The notes under the pieces were generated by a model. That model had not been told where the DNA came from. It searched no databases and saw only the letters and a list, made by a program, of their open reading frames with translations. Shown in pieces: positions 9,832 through 19,415 of a stretch of 64,000 nucleotides of DNA. Source of the DNA: Candidatus Dojkabacteria bacterium HGW-Dojkabacteria-1 (GTDB lineage: Bacteria; Patescibacteriota; Dojkabacteria; SC72); assembly GCA_002840365.1 (NCBI GenBank), contig PHAO01000001.1:367514-431513 (forward strand). Reading direction: 5' to 3'. The position numbers and the translations under genes were made by a program. Positions within the stretch are counted from its first letter, which is position 1. Each line of letters opens with the position of its first letter.

Positions 9832-10441
9832 GCCAAATTTTTAATCTTTTAACTACCTTGTCTGAAGATTTGTATACAAGGAAACCTCCAACAGCAAGTA
9901 TTATCAATCCAATTACAAACATTAACATAATACTTACTGAATATTCAGAATCTACAGGTTGAACAACAAGATTGTTACTTAGTGTAATTGTAGAACTTAC
10001 GCTATTTGTATAGTTTGTATTATATTCCCAAGCGATTACATTCGCAGTTACATCATATGAACCTTCTCTTTGTGGTTTAATGCTAACATTAAATTTGTAA
10101 GTTTGATCCTTTTGAAGATTTACAAATTCTCTGTGTGAGGTTCTAGCTTCTAGTGTAGATGGTAACTCCCAAAGAATTTGAGTTCTTTCAGAGTCTATTT
10201 TAGGTGTGATATACAGGGTAAATGGAATACTTTTATTTAATGGACTCTGTGTTCCTCTTATTAGCTCTAATTCAAAATATTTATTTGTACTAGTAACAGT
10301 TTTTTTCTCAGTATTTTCAACTACAACCGGTTTAGATTCACTCTCTGCAACATCTTCATCCACAACAACTTCTTGTGCAAAAGAATAAAGGGTTGATGTT
10401 AGTAAAATAATTGGTAAAAGAAGAAAGGATATTATTTTCAT
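9815..10441 (-). CDS. Secreted Ig-like/beta-sandwich protein with signal peptide and C-terminal TM anchor (third gene of overlapping operon)
   Basis: N-terminal signal (LLPIILLTSTLYSFAQE), C-terminal TM + KK tail; 4-nt overlap with upstream gene. Confidence 0.4.
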   Translation of the reverse strand: MKIISFLLLPIILLTSTLYSFAQEVVVDEDVAESESKPVVVENTEKKTVTSTNKYFELELIRGTQSPLNKSIPFTLYITPKIDSERTQILWELPSTLEARTSHREFVNLQKDQTYKFNVSIKPQREGSYDVTANVIAWEYNTNYTNSVSSTITLSNNLVVQPVDSEYSVSIMLMFVIGLIILAVGGFLVYKSSDKVVKRLKIWLTPPY

Positions 10442-10854
10442 TGTAATATTTTGTTTATAGCCATTTTATATACCTTATATGCTTGTTGTGCTTCATCATA
10501 TCCTATATCTTCATCTTTGTGTACTATGTTATTTCTTAATTTATGTGCATCCCAAAGATTCTGATATGTATCTTTTCTAAAAAGATTTTTAGCCATTTTA
10601 AGATTATCACCACAGCTTTTTTCATTCCTATATCTTACTTGTAGTGCTTTACTTAAAAGATTGTCTAATTTAATAATGGCATCTCTTCTAGCATAGACAT
10701 CTTCACTTTGTACTTGTAGTCTAATCTCCTCCAATCTCTCATATATTTTTTCCTTTTTCTTCTGAGGTACTCTTCTGCTGTTTATTCTTGCCATTACGAA
10801 GAGTATGGCAATGAGAATTAGTATTGAGATTGTTAAAAGTATTGTATTATCCAT
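10438..10854 (-). CDS. Membrane-tethered cytoplasmic HEPN-like (DUF4145-like) protein
   Basis: N-terminal TM followed by positive cluster (RINSRRVPQKKKEK); C-terminal AHKLRNNIVHKDED = Rx4H HEPN motif with downstream helical region. Confidence 0.45.
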   Translation of the reverse strand: MDNTILLTISILILIAILFVMARINSRRVPQKKKEKIYERLEEIRLQVQSEDVYARRDAIIKLDNLLSKALQVRYRNEKSCGDNLKMAKNLFRKDTYQNLWDAHKLRNNIVHKDEDIGYDEAQQAYKVYKMAINKILQ

Positions 10855-12736
10855 TTTTGTTTAGCAATTTTTTTGTTAAGAAATATAAAGGTATTGCAAT
10901 AACAATATATAAAAGAATAGACATTAACTTTGAAAGAATTTTAATAGGTAAGTTGTTTTCTAAGTACTCAATACTAGTTTCTGCATATTCTCCTTCTATT
11001 TCTTGTGTACCGCTATATCCTCTTAAAACTACATACATAGGAGATTCTATCTTGAGAGAGGGAATGTTGAATTTAATATCTACAGTATCTTCTGGAAGTA
11101 AAAGTGTTGTACTGTTGTTTTCAATGTAATCTGTGTATTTTGAAATATCTGGATTAGATTTTACAATTTCTAATCTATCAATTACTGTATTTCCAAGATT
11201 TTTTACTTTTACAGACCCTTGTAGATGAGAATCAATGAATTTATATGGTTGAAGATATATCTGTGTACTTAATTCATATTTCTTTTCAATAGTTTCATTG
11301 TTTAAAGAGATTTTGAAATCATTTTCAGAAAAATATGATAGCTTTGGGTTATTGGGATTATCATATCTATACAAAAGAGTTACATGATCATACAATTCTC
11401 TTCCCCAAAGAGAGGTATTGGAATAGTCCTCTAAGAAAGGATCTACCTGTATCCAATCTTTTTTCTCAATATCAAAGTATTCAGCCCAGTAATGATACAT
11501 TCCATCTGGATGATAATCAGAGATATTTGTAACATACCCTATTACTAATCTCGCTGGAATTTTAAATTTTCTATATATTGCGATAATGGCATCCGCATAA
11601 TCTTCGCTTGTAGATTGTGCTTGTTCAGAGAGAGCTCTTTCTCCTCCTAGGCGTGCTGAACCTGCAAGTGAACCTATTGTTAATGTATTAGGTTCTAAGT
11701 TATCTATTACAAATTGATAAAGGGCTCTATACAAAATTTCTTGCTGAGACTGATCTTTCATGTCATATACATCATCTATTGTACTTTCTTTTGTATTGAG
11801 ATTCTCTTTTATAAATTTCTGAATTCTTTTTTCTAAATCTGTATTCTTAATTTCCCAAAGAGATCTGTTTTCAATATTAGGAGTAGATATTTTAGTATAT
11901 ATCGTCTTATCCATTTCGATATTTCCTTTTATAGAGACTTCAATATTGCTTTGAGGAGCTATTTCATATTGAAGAATATAGTTACCATTTATATCTTTAT
12001 AGCTTTTATTAGGTTTTGGTGTTATTTCAGTTAAAGAAATTTTTTGTGTATTTGTATTTGGTGGAATATTGATTTCTGAAGAAATCATCTCTTCTGTACT
12101 GTTTATTAGATTTCTACTTATACTAAAGCTATATGAGATTTTCTTTCCAAGAGAGATATTTACCTTTAAACTTTGTGGCGGAGCTGTTTCAATTTCTAAA
12201 TTTTCTCCTTTCTGGGTTATCTTTGTTACAGGGCTTGATGACCATGATATTTCTCCAAAACTTTTAGGATATGTAAAGCTAAAGCTTCTGGAAGAAGTAT
12301 CTTTGATAGAAGAAATTAGAGAGAGATTATCACTGCTGTATGGAGTTTGGAATACTAATTTTAAGGTTACTGGATTCTCTTGTGATACCACAGTATTTTT
12401 TAAATCAATTACCATATCTGTAGCGTCTTTTCTGTTGTAATATGTAGGTTCTAATTTTATATTTTTGTTAATTGAATATACTTCTGGTCTAAGATTTTCT
12501 TGTGGGATTGTAATTGTATAGAAGGTAATTACTCTTGGGTTAGAAACCGTGGTTATTGTTACATATATTGTTGAAGAAATTGTTTCTCCATCCCAAACAT
12601 GGTTAAAGTCGGATTTGATATCAAATCCATCAAGTGCTTGAGCTTTGTTATTTAATGGAAATTGAAAAATTGCAAATGCAAAGACAATGCTAAATATCAA
12701 CAGAATCCTCTTTAAATATCCATTCAAATTTTTCAT
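10847..12736 (-). CDS. Transglutaminase-like superfamily extracellular protein, N- and C-terminal TM anchors; catalytic Cys position occupied by Ser
   Basis: TGase-core: STSEDYADAIIAIYRKFKIPARLVIGYV...DYHPDGMYHYWAEYFDIEKKDWIQVDP (IPAR..GY, H.W.E, W..D); Ser where GxCxDFA Cys expected. Confidence 0.6.
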   Translation of the reverse strand: MKNLNGYLKRILLIFSIVFAFAIFQFPLNNKAQALDGFDIKSDFNHVWDGETISSTIYVTITTVSNPRVITFYTITIPQENLRPEVYSINKNIKLEPTYYNRKDATDMVIDLKNTVVSQENPVTLKLVFQTPYSSDNLSLISSIKDTSSRSFSFTYPKSFGEISWSSSPVTKITQKGENLEIETAPPQSLKVNISLGKKISYSFSISRNLINSTEEMISSEINIPPNTNTQKISLTEITPKPNKSYKDINGNYILQYEIAPQSNIEVSIKGNIEMDKTIYTKISTPNIENRSLWEIKNTDLEKRIQKFIKENLNTKESTIDDVYDMKDQSQQEILYRALYQFVIDNLEPNTLTIGSLAGSARLGGERALSEQAQSTSEDYADAIIAIYRKFKIPARLVIGYVTNISDYHPDGMYHYWAEYFDIEKKDWIQVDPFLEDYSNTSLWGRELYDHVTLLYRYDNPNNPKLSYFSENDFKISLNNETIEKKYELSTQIYLQPYKFIDSHLQGSVKVKNLGNTVIDRLEIVKSNPDISKYTDYIENNSTTLLLPEDTVDIKFNIPSLKIESPMYVVLRGYSGTQEIEGEYAETSIEYLENNLPIKILSKLMSILLYIVIAIPLYFLTKKLLNKNG

Positions 12737-13424
12737 ATTTTCTCATTACTTGCTTTACAATTGGTGTTTTTGCAGTAATACCATACTTAGAGAGAATACT
12801 ATCCCATTCAACTTTTTCTGGCTCATTTACTATCTTGTAATCTGGATTTCTAACAATTTCCTGTTTTGCATTCTTTCTAATAATATAATAGGCCATTCCC
12901 CCTTTATCATCAAGAACTATTCGAGGAGAATATTCCCTATCATGTATTTCTAAGACAATTAGGTTTGATGTTTGTCTTGAATTAACAATTGCGCATGTAT
13001 ATCCAGCTGGAACAATAATTTTTTGTCCTTTTCTAATTTGTGTTTTAACAACTTTGTTCTTAATAGGGGAATCATACTTTTGTAAGAGTACTGTACCACC
13101 TCCATATATTATCTCTAATATTCTTGGTCTTTTAGAACACCTTGTTGCAAAAGTTTTTGTATATTCTATACCAGCGAGATTAGGAAAAATGAGATATATA
13201 TTTATTCTAAGATTTTGATTTTTAAATACATCATCCTTATCAATATCTTTATACTTTTTATAAAAGATTTCAGGACAATTTAACTCTTCATTAAGAAGCT
13301 GGGAACGGATATCATCTATACAAATAGTAGAAGTACCATTTATAGTTAATCCTTGGGGCTGTAAATCTTCTCCACTGTAAAAAATTGGCAATCCAGAGGA
13401 TTGCTTAAGATCAATTCTCGCCAT
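12690..13424 (-). CDS. Hypothetical protein, possible cupin-like beta-barrel
   Basis: GGGTVLLQ...KIIVPAGYTCAIVN resembles cupin motif 2 without His; overlaps downstream gene start by 47 nt. Confidence 0.3.
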   Translation of the reverse strand: MARIDLKQSSGLPIFYSGEDLQPQGLTINGTSTICIDDIRSQLLNEELNCPEIFYKKYKDIDKDDVFKNQNLRINIYLIFPNLAGIEYTKTFATRCSKRPRILEIIYGGGTVLLQKYDSPIKNKVVKTQIRKGQKIIVPAGYTCAIVNSRQTSNLIVLEIHDREYSPRIVLDDKGGMAYYIIRKNAKQEIVRNPDYKIVNEPEKVEWDSILSKYGITAKTPIVKQVMRKYEKFEWIFKEDSVDI

Positions 13425-13450
13425 ATATCTGTATTATACCACATCCGTGA

Positions 13451-13741
13451 TTAATTGGCTTGCCTAAAGGCTTTTGATAATTCTACAAATACAAATCCTA
13501 AAATTGCGTAAAAAAGTAAGGCGATAATAGGGGTTAATTCCAAAGTAAATCTGTCTATTAACATCTCATCTGCCACGATACCTTTAAATGGTTCTATAAA
13601 AGTTTCTGTCATGTTGTATATCCAACTTACAATGCTATTTGTAGAATCCGCATTTATTACCTTCAAAATGATTCTAAACACAATTAGTGTTTGAAGAAAG
13701 GTTGTCAGTGTGTAAAGTATTCTGAATATTAGTGAAATCAT
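13451..13741 (-). CDS. YggT-family small membrane protein
   Basis: 96 aa, two TM segments, SWIYNMTETFIEPFKGIV pattern of YggT/Ycf19. Confidence 0.55.
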   Translation of the reverse strand: MISLIFRILYTLTTFLQTLIVFRIILKVINADSTNSIVSWIYNMTETFIEPFKGIVADEMLIDRFTLELTPIIALLFYAILGFVFVELSKAFRQAN

Positions 13742-13752
13742 ATTATCTTTTA

Positions 13753-14487
13753 TTAAAATCTATCTAAATTGTCAACATAGTAATCAAGCTCTCTCATATA
13801 TCGAGAAACTCCATTTGCCCATAAATGTGCAGGATTTTGACCACATGGGGGACAGTATGTTCCTTCAATTTGGAATGGAGTCAAGTGTGTACCGTATCCA
13901 AGAGCTAGTCCTCTAGTAACTACTGCTACTCCATGACCCCATGTATCGAATTGACTCCATCCTTGTGCTGTAGGATTTGCTCCTCTCCATCCCCATGCAT
14001 TGTTTGTTCCTCTGGGTATAATGTTTCCGAAAGCAGATTCTACACCAGATATTGAAGCTACAAGCCTCCAATCTAATCCATATTTGTCTGCTTCCTCAAT
14101 AAAAGTTTTTGCGAATGGATACATTGGAGAGTTGTATGCAAGTAGAAATTTTTGCATAGCAATGACTCTTGGGTCTTCTGTTCTAATTTCTGTCCTACTG
14201 TTTACTTTTTTAAGTAAATCTGTTGTTGAGAGGGTATTTATCTTGTAATCATGCGTATATATTTCACTGTTGTTCAGGGGTGTTAAATAATTAAGGGTTA
14301 TTTCTCTACTAGCCCTTATCTCTCCTAATGCTACTTCTGAGAAAAAAGCTTCAATTTTGGGAGAGAGAAATATCATATATAGCACAAAAAAGAATAAGAG
14401 GAGAAAGAATGGATAGAATTTTTTGCCTAAAAAAAGACCTCTTTTACTTGATTTGTTGGTTATACTTGAAAACGATAGGTTATCCAT
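13753..14487 (-). CDS. Membrane-anchored peptidoglycan hydrolase, GH73 (glucosaminidase)-like
   Basis: N-terminal TM; ASISGVESAFGN...NNAWGWRG matches GH73 catalytic-Glu 'ESGxG' and 'NNxFG' motifs. Confidence 0.5.
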   Translation of the reverse strand: MDNLSFSSITNKSSKRGLFLGKKFYPFFLLLFFFVLYMIFLSPKIEAFFSEVALGEIRASREITLNYLTPLNNSEIYTHDYKINTLSTTDLLKKVNSRTEIRTEDPRVIAMQKFLLAYNSPMYPFAKTFIEEADKYGLDWRLVASISGVESAFGNIIPRGTNNAWGWRGANPTAQGWSQFDTWGHGVAVVTRGLALGYGTHLTPFQIEGTYCPPCGQNPAHLWANGVSRYMRELDYYVDNLDRF

Positions 14488-14527
14488 ATTAATCTAGTAT
14501 ATCAGAACTAGATGAGCTATTGAATTT

Positions 14528-17500
14528 ATGTTTACACATTTGCATCTGCACTCAGAGTATTCTCTGTTGGACGCAACAATTCGTTTACCCGACCTTGTAC
14601 AAAAGCTTTCTGAAAGTGGAATGAAGGCTTGTGCATTAACTGATCATGGAAATATGTATGGTACATTGAAGTTTAAGAGTGCGATGATAGAGGCTGGTTT
14701 GAAACCTATACTTGGATGTGAAATATATATCGCACCAAGAGCAATGCACGAAAAGGACTTTGGAATAGACAACAAGTACAATCACATGGTCTTGCTTGCG
14801 AAGAATCAACAGGGATACAAAAATTTGATAAAGATTGTCTCTATAGCTCATATGGAGGGTTTCTATTATAAACCGCGTATAGATTTTGAAACATTAGCAA
14901 AATACTCTTCAGGATTAATTGCTCTTTCAGGATGTTTAGCAGGCCCTGTTGCCAAACCAATCTTACAAGGTAACTATGATGCAGCAGTAGAGGCTGCAAA
15001 AAAATATTCCAAACTATTCAAAGACAACTTCTATATAGAAATTCAAAGAAATGGAATGGAAGAGCAAAATACTGCCAATGAATCATTAATTAAAATTGCA
15101 AGAGAGCTCTCTTTACCGCTAGTTGCAACATGTGATTCTCACTATTTAAACAAAGAAGATGCATATATTCAGGAAATACTATGGTGTATCGGAGATGGTA
15201 AGTCATGGGAAGATCCCTCTAGGAGAAAAATGGAAACAAACGAATTCTATGTTAAGACCCCCGAGGAAATGAAAGAGCTTTTTAAAGATATTCCTGAAGC
15301 TATAGAAAATACTCAAAAAATTACTGAACAAATTGAAATATTTGATATTACTTTTGGAAGAATAGAGCCACACTTTCTTGATTTACCAGAGGGAGAAAAA
15401 TCTTCTTCATATTTAAAAAAATTAACACTTGATGGGGCAAAGAGGAAATACGGGAAAATTTCGAAAGATTTGAAAGAAAGAATTGAGTATGAGCTTAAAA
15501 TTATTGATGACAAAGGTTACAATGATTACTTCTTAGTGGTTCGTGATTTTGTTTTGTTTTGTAGAAAAAACGGAATTGTTGTTGGTATGAGAGGCTCCGG
15601 ATGTGGTTCTGTTGTAGCATATTGTGTTGAAATTACAAATATTGAACCCATTGGTTGGGAGTTGTATTTTGAAAGATTCCTTAATCCTGAAAGAGATTCT
15701 CCTCCGGATTTTGATATCGATATTGCAGATAAAAGAAGAGATGAGGTTATCAATTATACTATCGAAAAATATGGAATTGATAATGTAAAACAGATAGGAA
15801 CATTTAGTAAGTTACAAACTAGACAGGCTATAAAAGATGTAGGTAGAGTTTTAGGTATCGAGTTAGCAGTAACAGATAAATTAGCAAAGATGGTTGAGAT
15901 AGTTTTTGGTAAATCCAAAGATATCGACTATATGATTGAACATAATCCAGAGTTTGCAGAGATTATTAATTCTTCTGAAAAAACTTTAGAACTAGCAAAA
16001 ATCGTTAGGAAAGTATCAGGTATATGTAGGGGTACTTCTACACATGCTTGTGGTGTTATTGTTACACCTGAACCAGTCGTAAACTACTGTCCAATACAAA
16101 GAGATTCCCATGGTGGTGGTATAGGAATGACACAATTTGAAATGTCAGATATTGAATATGTTGGCTTAATGAAGTTTGATTTTCTTGGACTGAGAAATCT
16201 CAATGTGATAGGGGAAGCCGTAACAAAAATCAAAGTAAACAGACAAGAGGAGTTAGATTTGCTTGAACTAGATCCTCATGATAAACCAACGTATGAAGTA
16301 ATCAAAAAGGGTCATACGGTAGGAGTATTTCAAATGGAAAGTGAGGGTATGAAAAGAAGTATTCGTGCTCTTCAACCTGAGACTCAAGAAGATATCTGCT
16401 ATTTGCTTGCAGCGTATCGTCCTGGTCCTATGCAATATATCTCTGAATATGTTGCAGTAAAAAGAGGAGAGCAGGAACCTGACTATATATTTCCAGAATT
16501 AAAACCTGTTTTAGAGATTACCTATGGAGTTATTACTTACCAAGAACAGGTTATGAAAATTGCAGAGATAATTGCAGGATATAGTCTTGGAGCTGCAGAT
16601 TTACTTAGACGTGCAATGGGTAAGAAGAAAATGGAAATCATGGATAAAGAAAAACCTAAGTTCATTCAAGGAGCAAAAGAAAAAGGTTTTGATGAAAAGG
16701 AGACAGAAAGACTCTGGGAAAAGTTAATACAATTTGCAAACTATGGTTTTAACAAAGCACACAGTGCATCATATGCGACAATCTCATACTGGACAGCATA
16801 TCTAAAAGCCCACTATCCTCTTGAATTTATGGCAGCCCTTTTAGAAGGGGATTTAGATAACTTTGATAGGGTCATTATCGACCTAAATGAATGTGAAAGA
16901 CTGGGCATTGATGTTTTACCTCCAACTATAAACAAGAGTAAGGTATATTTCACCATTGAGGGAAATCATAGTATAAGATTTGGGTTAGGTGGAATAAAAA
17001 ATATAGGAGAAGATATTGTTGAAACCATTGTCAAAGAGAGAAAAGATAATGGAGAGTACAAGAATCTAGATGATTTTGTTGAAAGAACCGTAAAAAAGGG
17101 GATTCAAAAAAGAGCTATTGAATATTTAATCATGTCAGGAACAATGGACGAATTTGGTGAAAGAGGAGCTTTACTAGCAATACTACCAACAATATTTGAA
17201 AGGGCAAAGAAAAGTAATTCAGCAATGAATGTTGGTCAAATAGATATATTTTCGCTTTCCAATGGAACAGATGGTAACAGTAAACCAGAAGTTAATGCTA
17301 CACCACTACCTAATGTAGAAAAAACTCCGAAATTTCAGGTATTACAATGGGAGAAAGAACTCTTAGGTTTATATTTCTCCAGCCACCCATTAGATAATTT
17401 ACAGGATTTCTTCGAGTCAAAGAAAGTAATCTCAGTAAAGGATGCCTTAGAGAAAAAGAATCGTGCAGTCGTTATATTAGGCGTCATGGTAAACAAAATT

Positions 17501-17926
17501 CGAAGAATTACAACAAAGAAAGGCGAAATGATGGCATTTCTTACAGTTGAAGATAAATCTGGAACTGCGGATATAATAGCGTTTCCAAGGAACTACCAAG
17601 AGATAAAAGATGTACTCCAAGAAGGAAAACCAATTTTAATTGCAGGTAGTATTAATGTAAAGAATAATGAAAAAAGTATCGTAATGGAAAAAGCTAAATA
17701 CATAGATGAGTCACAACATGGTGATAATTTTGAAGGTGTAACATTTAGGATAAGACCAACGCACACAGAAGAACAAATTAAACAGCTTAAAGAGTATATA
17801 AGTAAGGCAAGTGGAGATGTTCCAGTAAAAATAATTGTGAATGAGAATGGTAAAGCTAAATCTGTAATTTTGGAAAAGACAATAAGTCTTGATAGTGAAA
17901 CAAAACGATGGTTAAGGAAATTCTGA
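14528..17926 (+). CDS. dnaE: DNA polymerase III alpha subunit
   Basis: 1132 aa; PHP domain MFTHLHLHSEYSLLDA, palm/fingers conserved blocks, OB-fold C-terminus. Confidence 0.95.
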   Translation: MFTHLHLHSEYSLLDATIRLPDLVQKLSESGMKACALTDHGNMYGTLKFKSAMIEAGLKPILGCEIYIAPRAMHEKDFGIDNKYNHMVLLAKNQQGYKNLIKIVSIAHMEGFYYKPRIDFETLAKYSSGLIALSGCLAGPVAKPILQGNYDAAVEAAKKYSKLFKDNFYIEIQRNGMEEQNTANESLIKIARELSLPLVATCDSHYLNKEDAYIQEILWCIGDGKSWEDPSRRKMETNEFYVKTPEEMKELFKDIPEAIENTQKITEQIEIFDITFGRIEPHFLDLPEGEKSSSYLKKLTLDGAKRKYGKISKDLKERIEYELKIIDDKGYNDYFLVVRDFVLFCRKNGIVVGMRGSGCGSVVAYCVEITNIEPIGWELYFERFLNPERDSPPDFDIDIADKRRDEVINYTIEKYGIDNVKQIGTFSKLQTRQAIKDVGRVLGIELAVTDKLAKMVEIVFGKSKDIDYMIEHNPEFAEIINSSEKTLELAKIVRKVSGICRGTSTHACGVIVTPEPVVNYCPIQRDSHGGGIGMTQFEMSDIEYVGLMKFDFLGLRNLNVIGEAVTKIKVNRQEELDLLELDPHDKPTYEVIKKGHTVGVFQMESEGMKRSIRALQPETQEDICYLLAAYRPGPMQYISEYVAVKRGEQEPDYIFPELKPVLEITYGVITYQEQVMKIAEIIAGYSLGAADLLRRAMGKKKMEIMDKEKPKFIQGAKEKGFDEKETERLWEKLIQFANYGFNKAHSASYATISYWTAYLKAHYPLEFMAALLEGDLDNFDRVIIDLNECERLGIDVLPPTINKSKVYFTIEGNHSIRFGLGGIKNIGEDIVETIVKERKDNGEYKNLDDFVERTVKKGIQKRAIEYLIMSGTMDEFGERGALLAILPTIFERAKKSNSAMNVGQIDIFSLSNGTDGNSKPEVNATPLPNVEKTPKFQVLQWEKELLGLYFSSHPLDNLQDFFESKKVISVKDALEKKNRAVVILGVMVNKIRRITTKKGEMMAFLTVEDKSGTADIIAFPRNYQEIKDVLQEGKPILIAGSINVKNNEKSIVMEKAKYIDESQHGDNFEGVTFRIRPTHTEEQIKQLKEYISKASGDVPVKIIVNENGKAKSVILEKTISLDSETKRWLRKF

Positions 17927-17939
17927 GGTATAATATCCC

Positions 17940-19415
17940 ATGAATGAAAAGGTAAGGATAAAGCTTGAGACTTTGCCAAATACTGTTGGCATATACAAGT
18001 TTTTAGATAAAGAAAAAAATGTATTGTATGTAGGTAAAGCTCTTAATTTAAAATCAAGAGTTTCTTCATACTTTAGGGATTCCTTAATGGATAGACCTAA
18101 GATACAACCAATGATTCCCTTAATAGATGATATTGTCGTTCAAGAAGCAAATAATGAGATTGAAGCCTTAATACTTGAATCTGCATTAATAAAGGAATTG
18201 TTACCTCCATTTAATTCAGACTTAAGAGATGATAAATCATATGCATGGATATATATCTCAACAAGAGAGGAATTTCCGACAGTAAAAATTGTAAGAAGCA
18301 TTAAAAAGGGAGAGTTTAAAAGAGGTCGTATGTTTGGTCCATATCCAAGTGGATATACCATAAAAAGAGTATATAGATATTTGAGAAGGATATATCCATT
18401 TTGTGTATGTAAGAACAAGGATTGTAAATCTTCACTAGATTATCACATTGGCCTTTGCCCAGGTCCATATGCCAACTCTATTTCAAAAGAAGAGTACAGA
18501 AAAAACATTAACAACATTATTAAGTTTCTCAATGGTAAACAGAGTAATCATATTAAAAGATTAGAGAGAGAAATGATAATGTATTCAAAAAAACAAGAAT
18601 TTGAAAAAGCAGGACAACTAAGAGATAGGATTAATGATTTAAAATATGTAGGTGAGAGTATAGAATTTACATATTACGATGATGCATTCTCGTACCGAAG
18701 CAAGAGAGAGAAAGCCCGTAAGGCAAGTTCTTTGTCTTTAGAATTAGAACTCGGTATTAAAAATATTAAGAGAATTGAATGCTATGATATCTCTAATATG
18801 CAAGGTAAAAATGCATATGGTTCAATGGTAGTAGCACAGGAAGGAGAATTAAAAAGATCTGATTACAGAATCTTTAAGATTAAGGGAATTGATTCTCCTA
18901 ACGATCCTGGTATGTTAAAGGAGGTACTTTCAAGAAGATTTAAGAAAATTGAAAAAGGCGTAGATAGTAGTCTTTCTTCTAGACCAGATATTGTTTTAAT
19001 AGATGGTGCTTCTACACAAATCTCTACAGTTAAAGAAAGCGTCCCAGAAGGTATATTTGTAATGGGTATTTCAAAGGGTAAACATTTAAAAAGAAAAGGG
19101 GGATTAAAGGTAGATGAATTTTGGCTATTAAAAGATGGTGAAATATTACAAGCAAATATACAAAATTCAGAGATATTAATAGATTTGAGAAACGAAGCTC
19201 ATAGATTTGCAATATCTCATTACAGAAGAAAAAGTCTCCAAGAATCAAAAAAGTCTCTCTTAGACAATATCCCTGGAGTAGGAGAGAAACGAAAGAAAGA
19301 ACTTAAAAAGAGATTTGGAAGTATTCAAGATATTAAGAAAGCATCTATAGAAGAAATTGTAGATGTGGTTAAGAGTGAAAAAGTAGCAAAAGATATTAAA
19401 AATTCTCTTTCTTAA
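17940..19415 (+). CDS. uvrC: Excinuclease ABC subunit C
   Basis: GIY-YIG N-terminus (GIYKFLDKEKNVLYVGKA), UvrBC-interaction region, RNaseH-like/HhH C-terminus; immediately downstream of dnaE. Confidence 0.9.
   Translation: MNEKVRIKLETLPNTVGIYKFLDKEKNVLYVGKALNLKSRVSSYFRDSLMDRPKIQPMIPLIDDIVVQEANNEIEALILESALIKELLPPFNSDLRDDKSYAWIYISTREEFPTVKIVRSIKKGEFKRGRMFGPYPSGYTIKRVYRYLRRIYPFCVCKNKDCKSSLDYHIGLCPGPYANSISKEEYRKNINNIIKFLNGKQSNHIKRLEREMIMYSKKQEFEKAGQLRDRINDLKYVGESIEFTYYDDAFSYRSKREKARKASSLSLELELGIKNIKRIECYDISNMQGKNAYGSMVVAQEGELKRSDYRIFKIKGIDSPNDPGMLKEVLSRRFKKIEKGVDSSLSSRPDIVLIDGASTQISTVKESVPEGIFVMGISKGKHLKRKGGLKVDEFWLLKDGEILQANIQNSEILIDLRNEAHRFAISHYRRKSLQESKKSLLDNIPGVGEKRKKELKKRFGSIQDIKKASIEEIVDVVKSEKVAKDIKNSLS

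Noticed and set aside
12690-13424. Cupin-type glucose-6-phosphate isomerase annotation for the 244-aa protein
   Set aside because: The cupin-like GxxxxPxG block lacks the metal-binding His residues of archaeal-type cupin PGI. Left as a hypothetical cupin-like protein.
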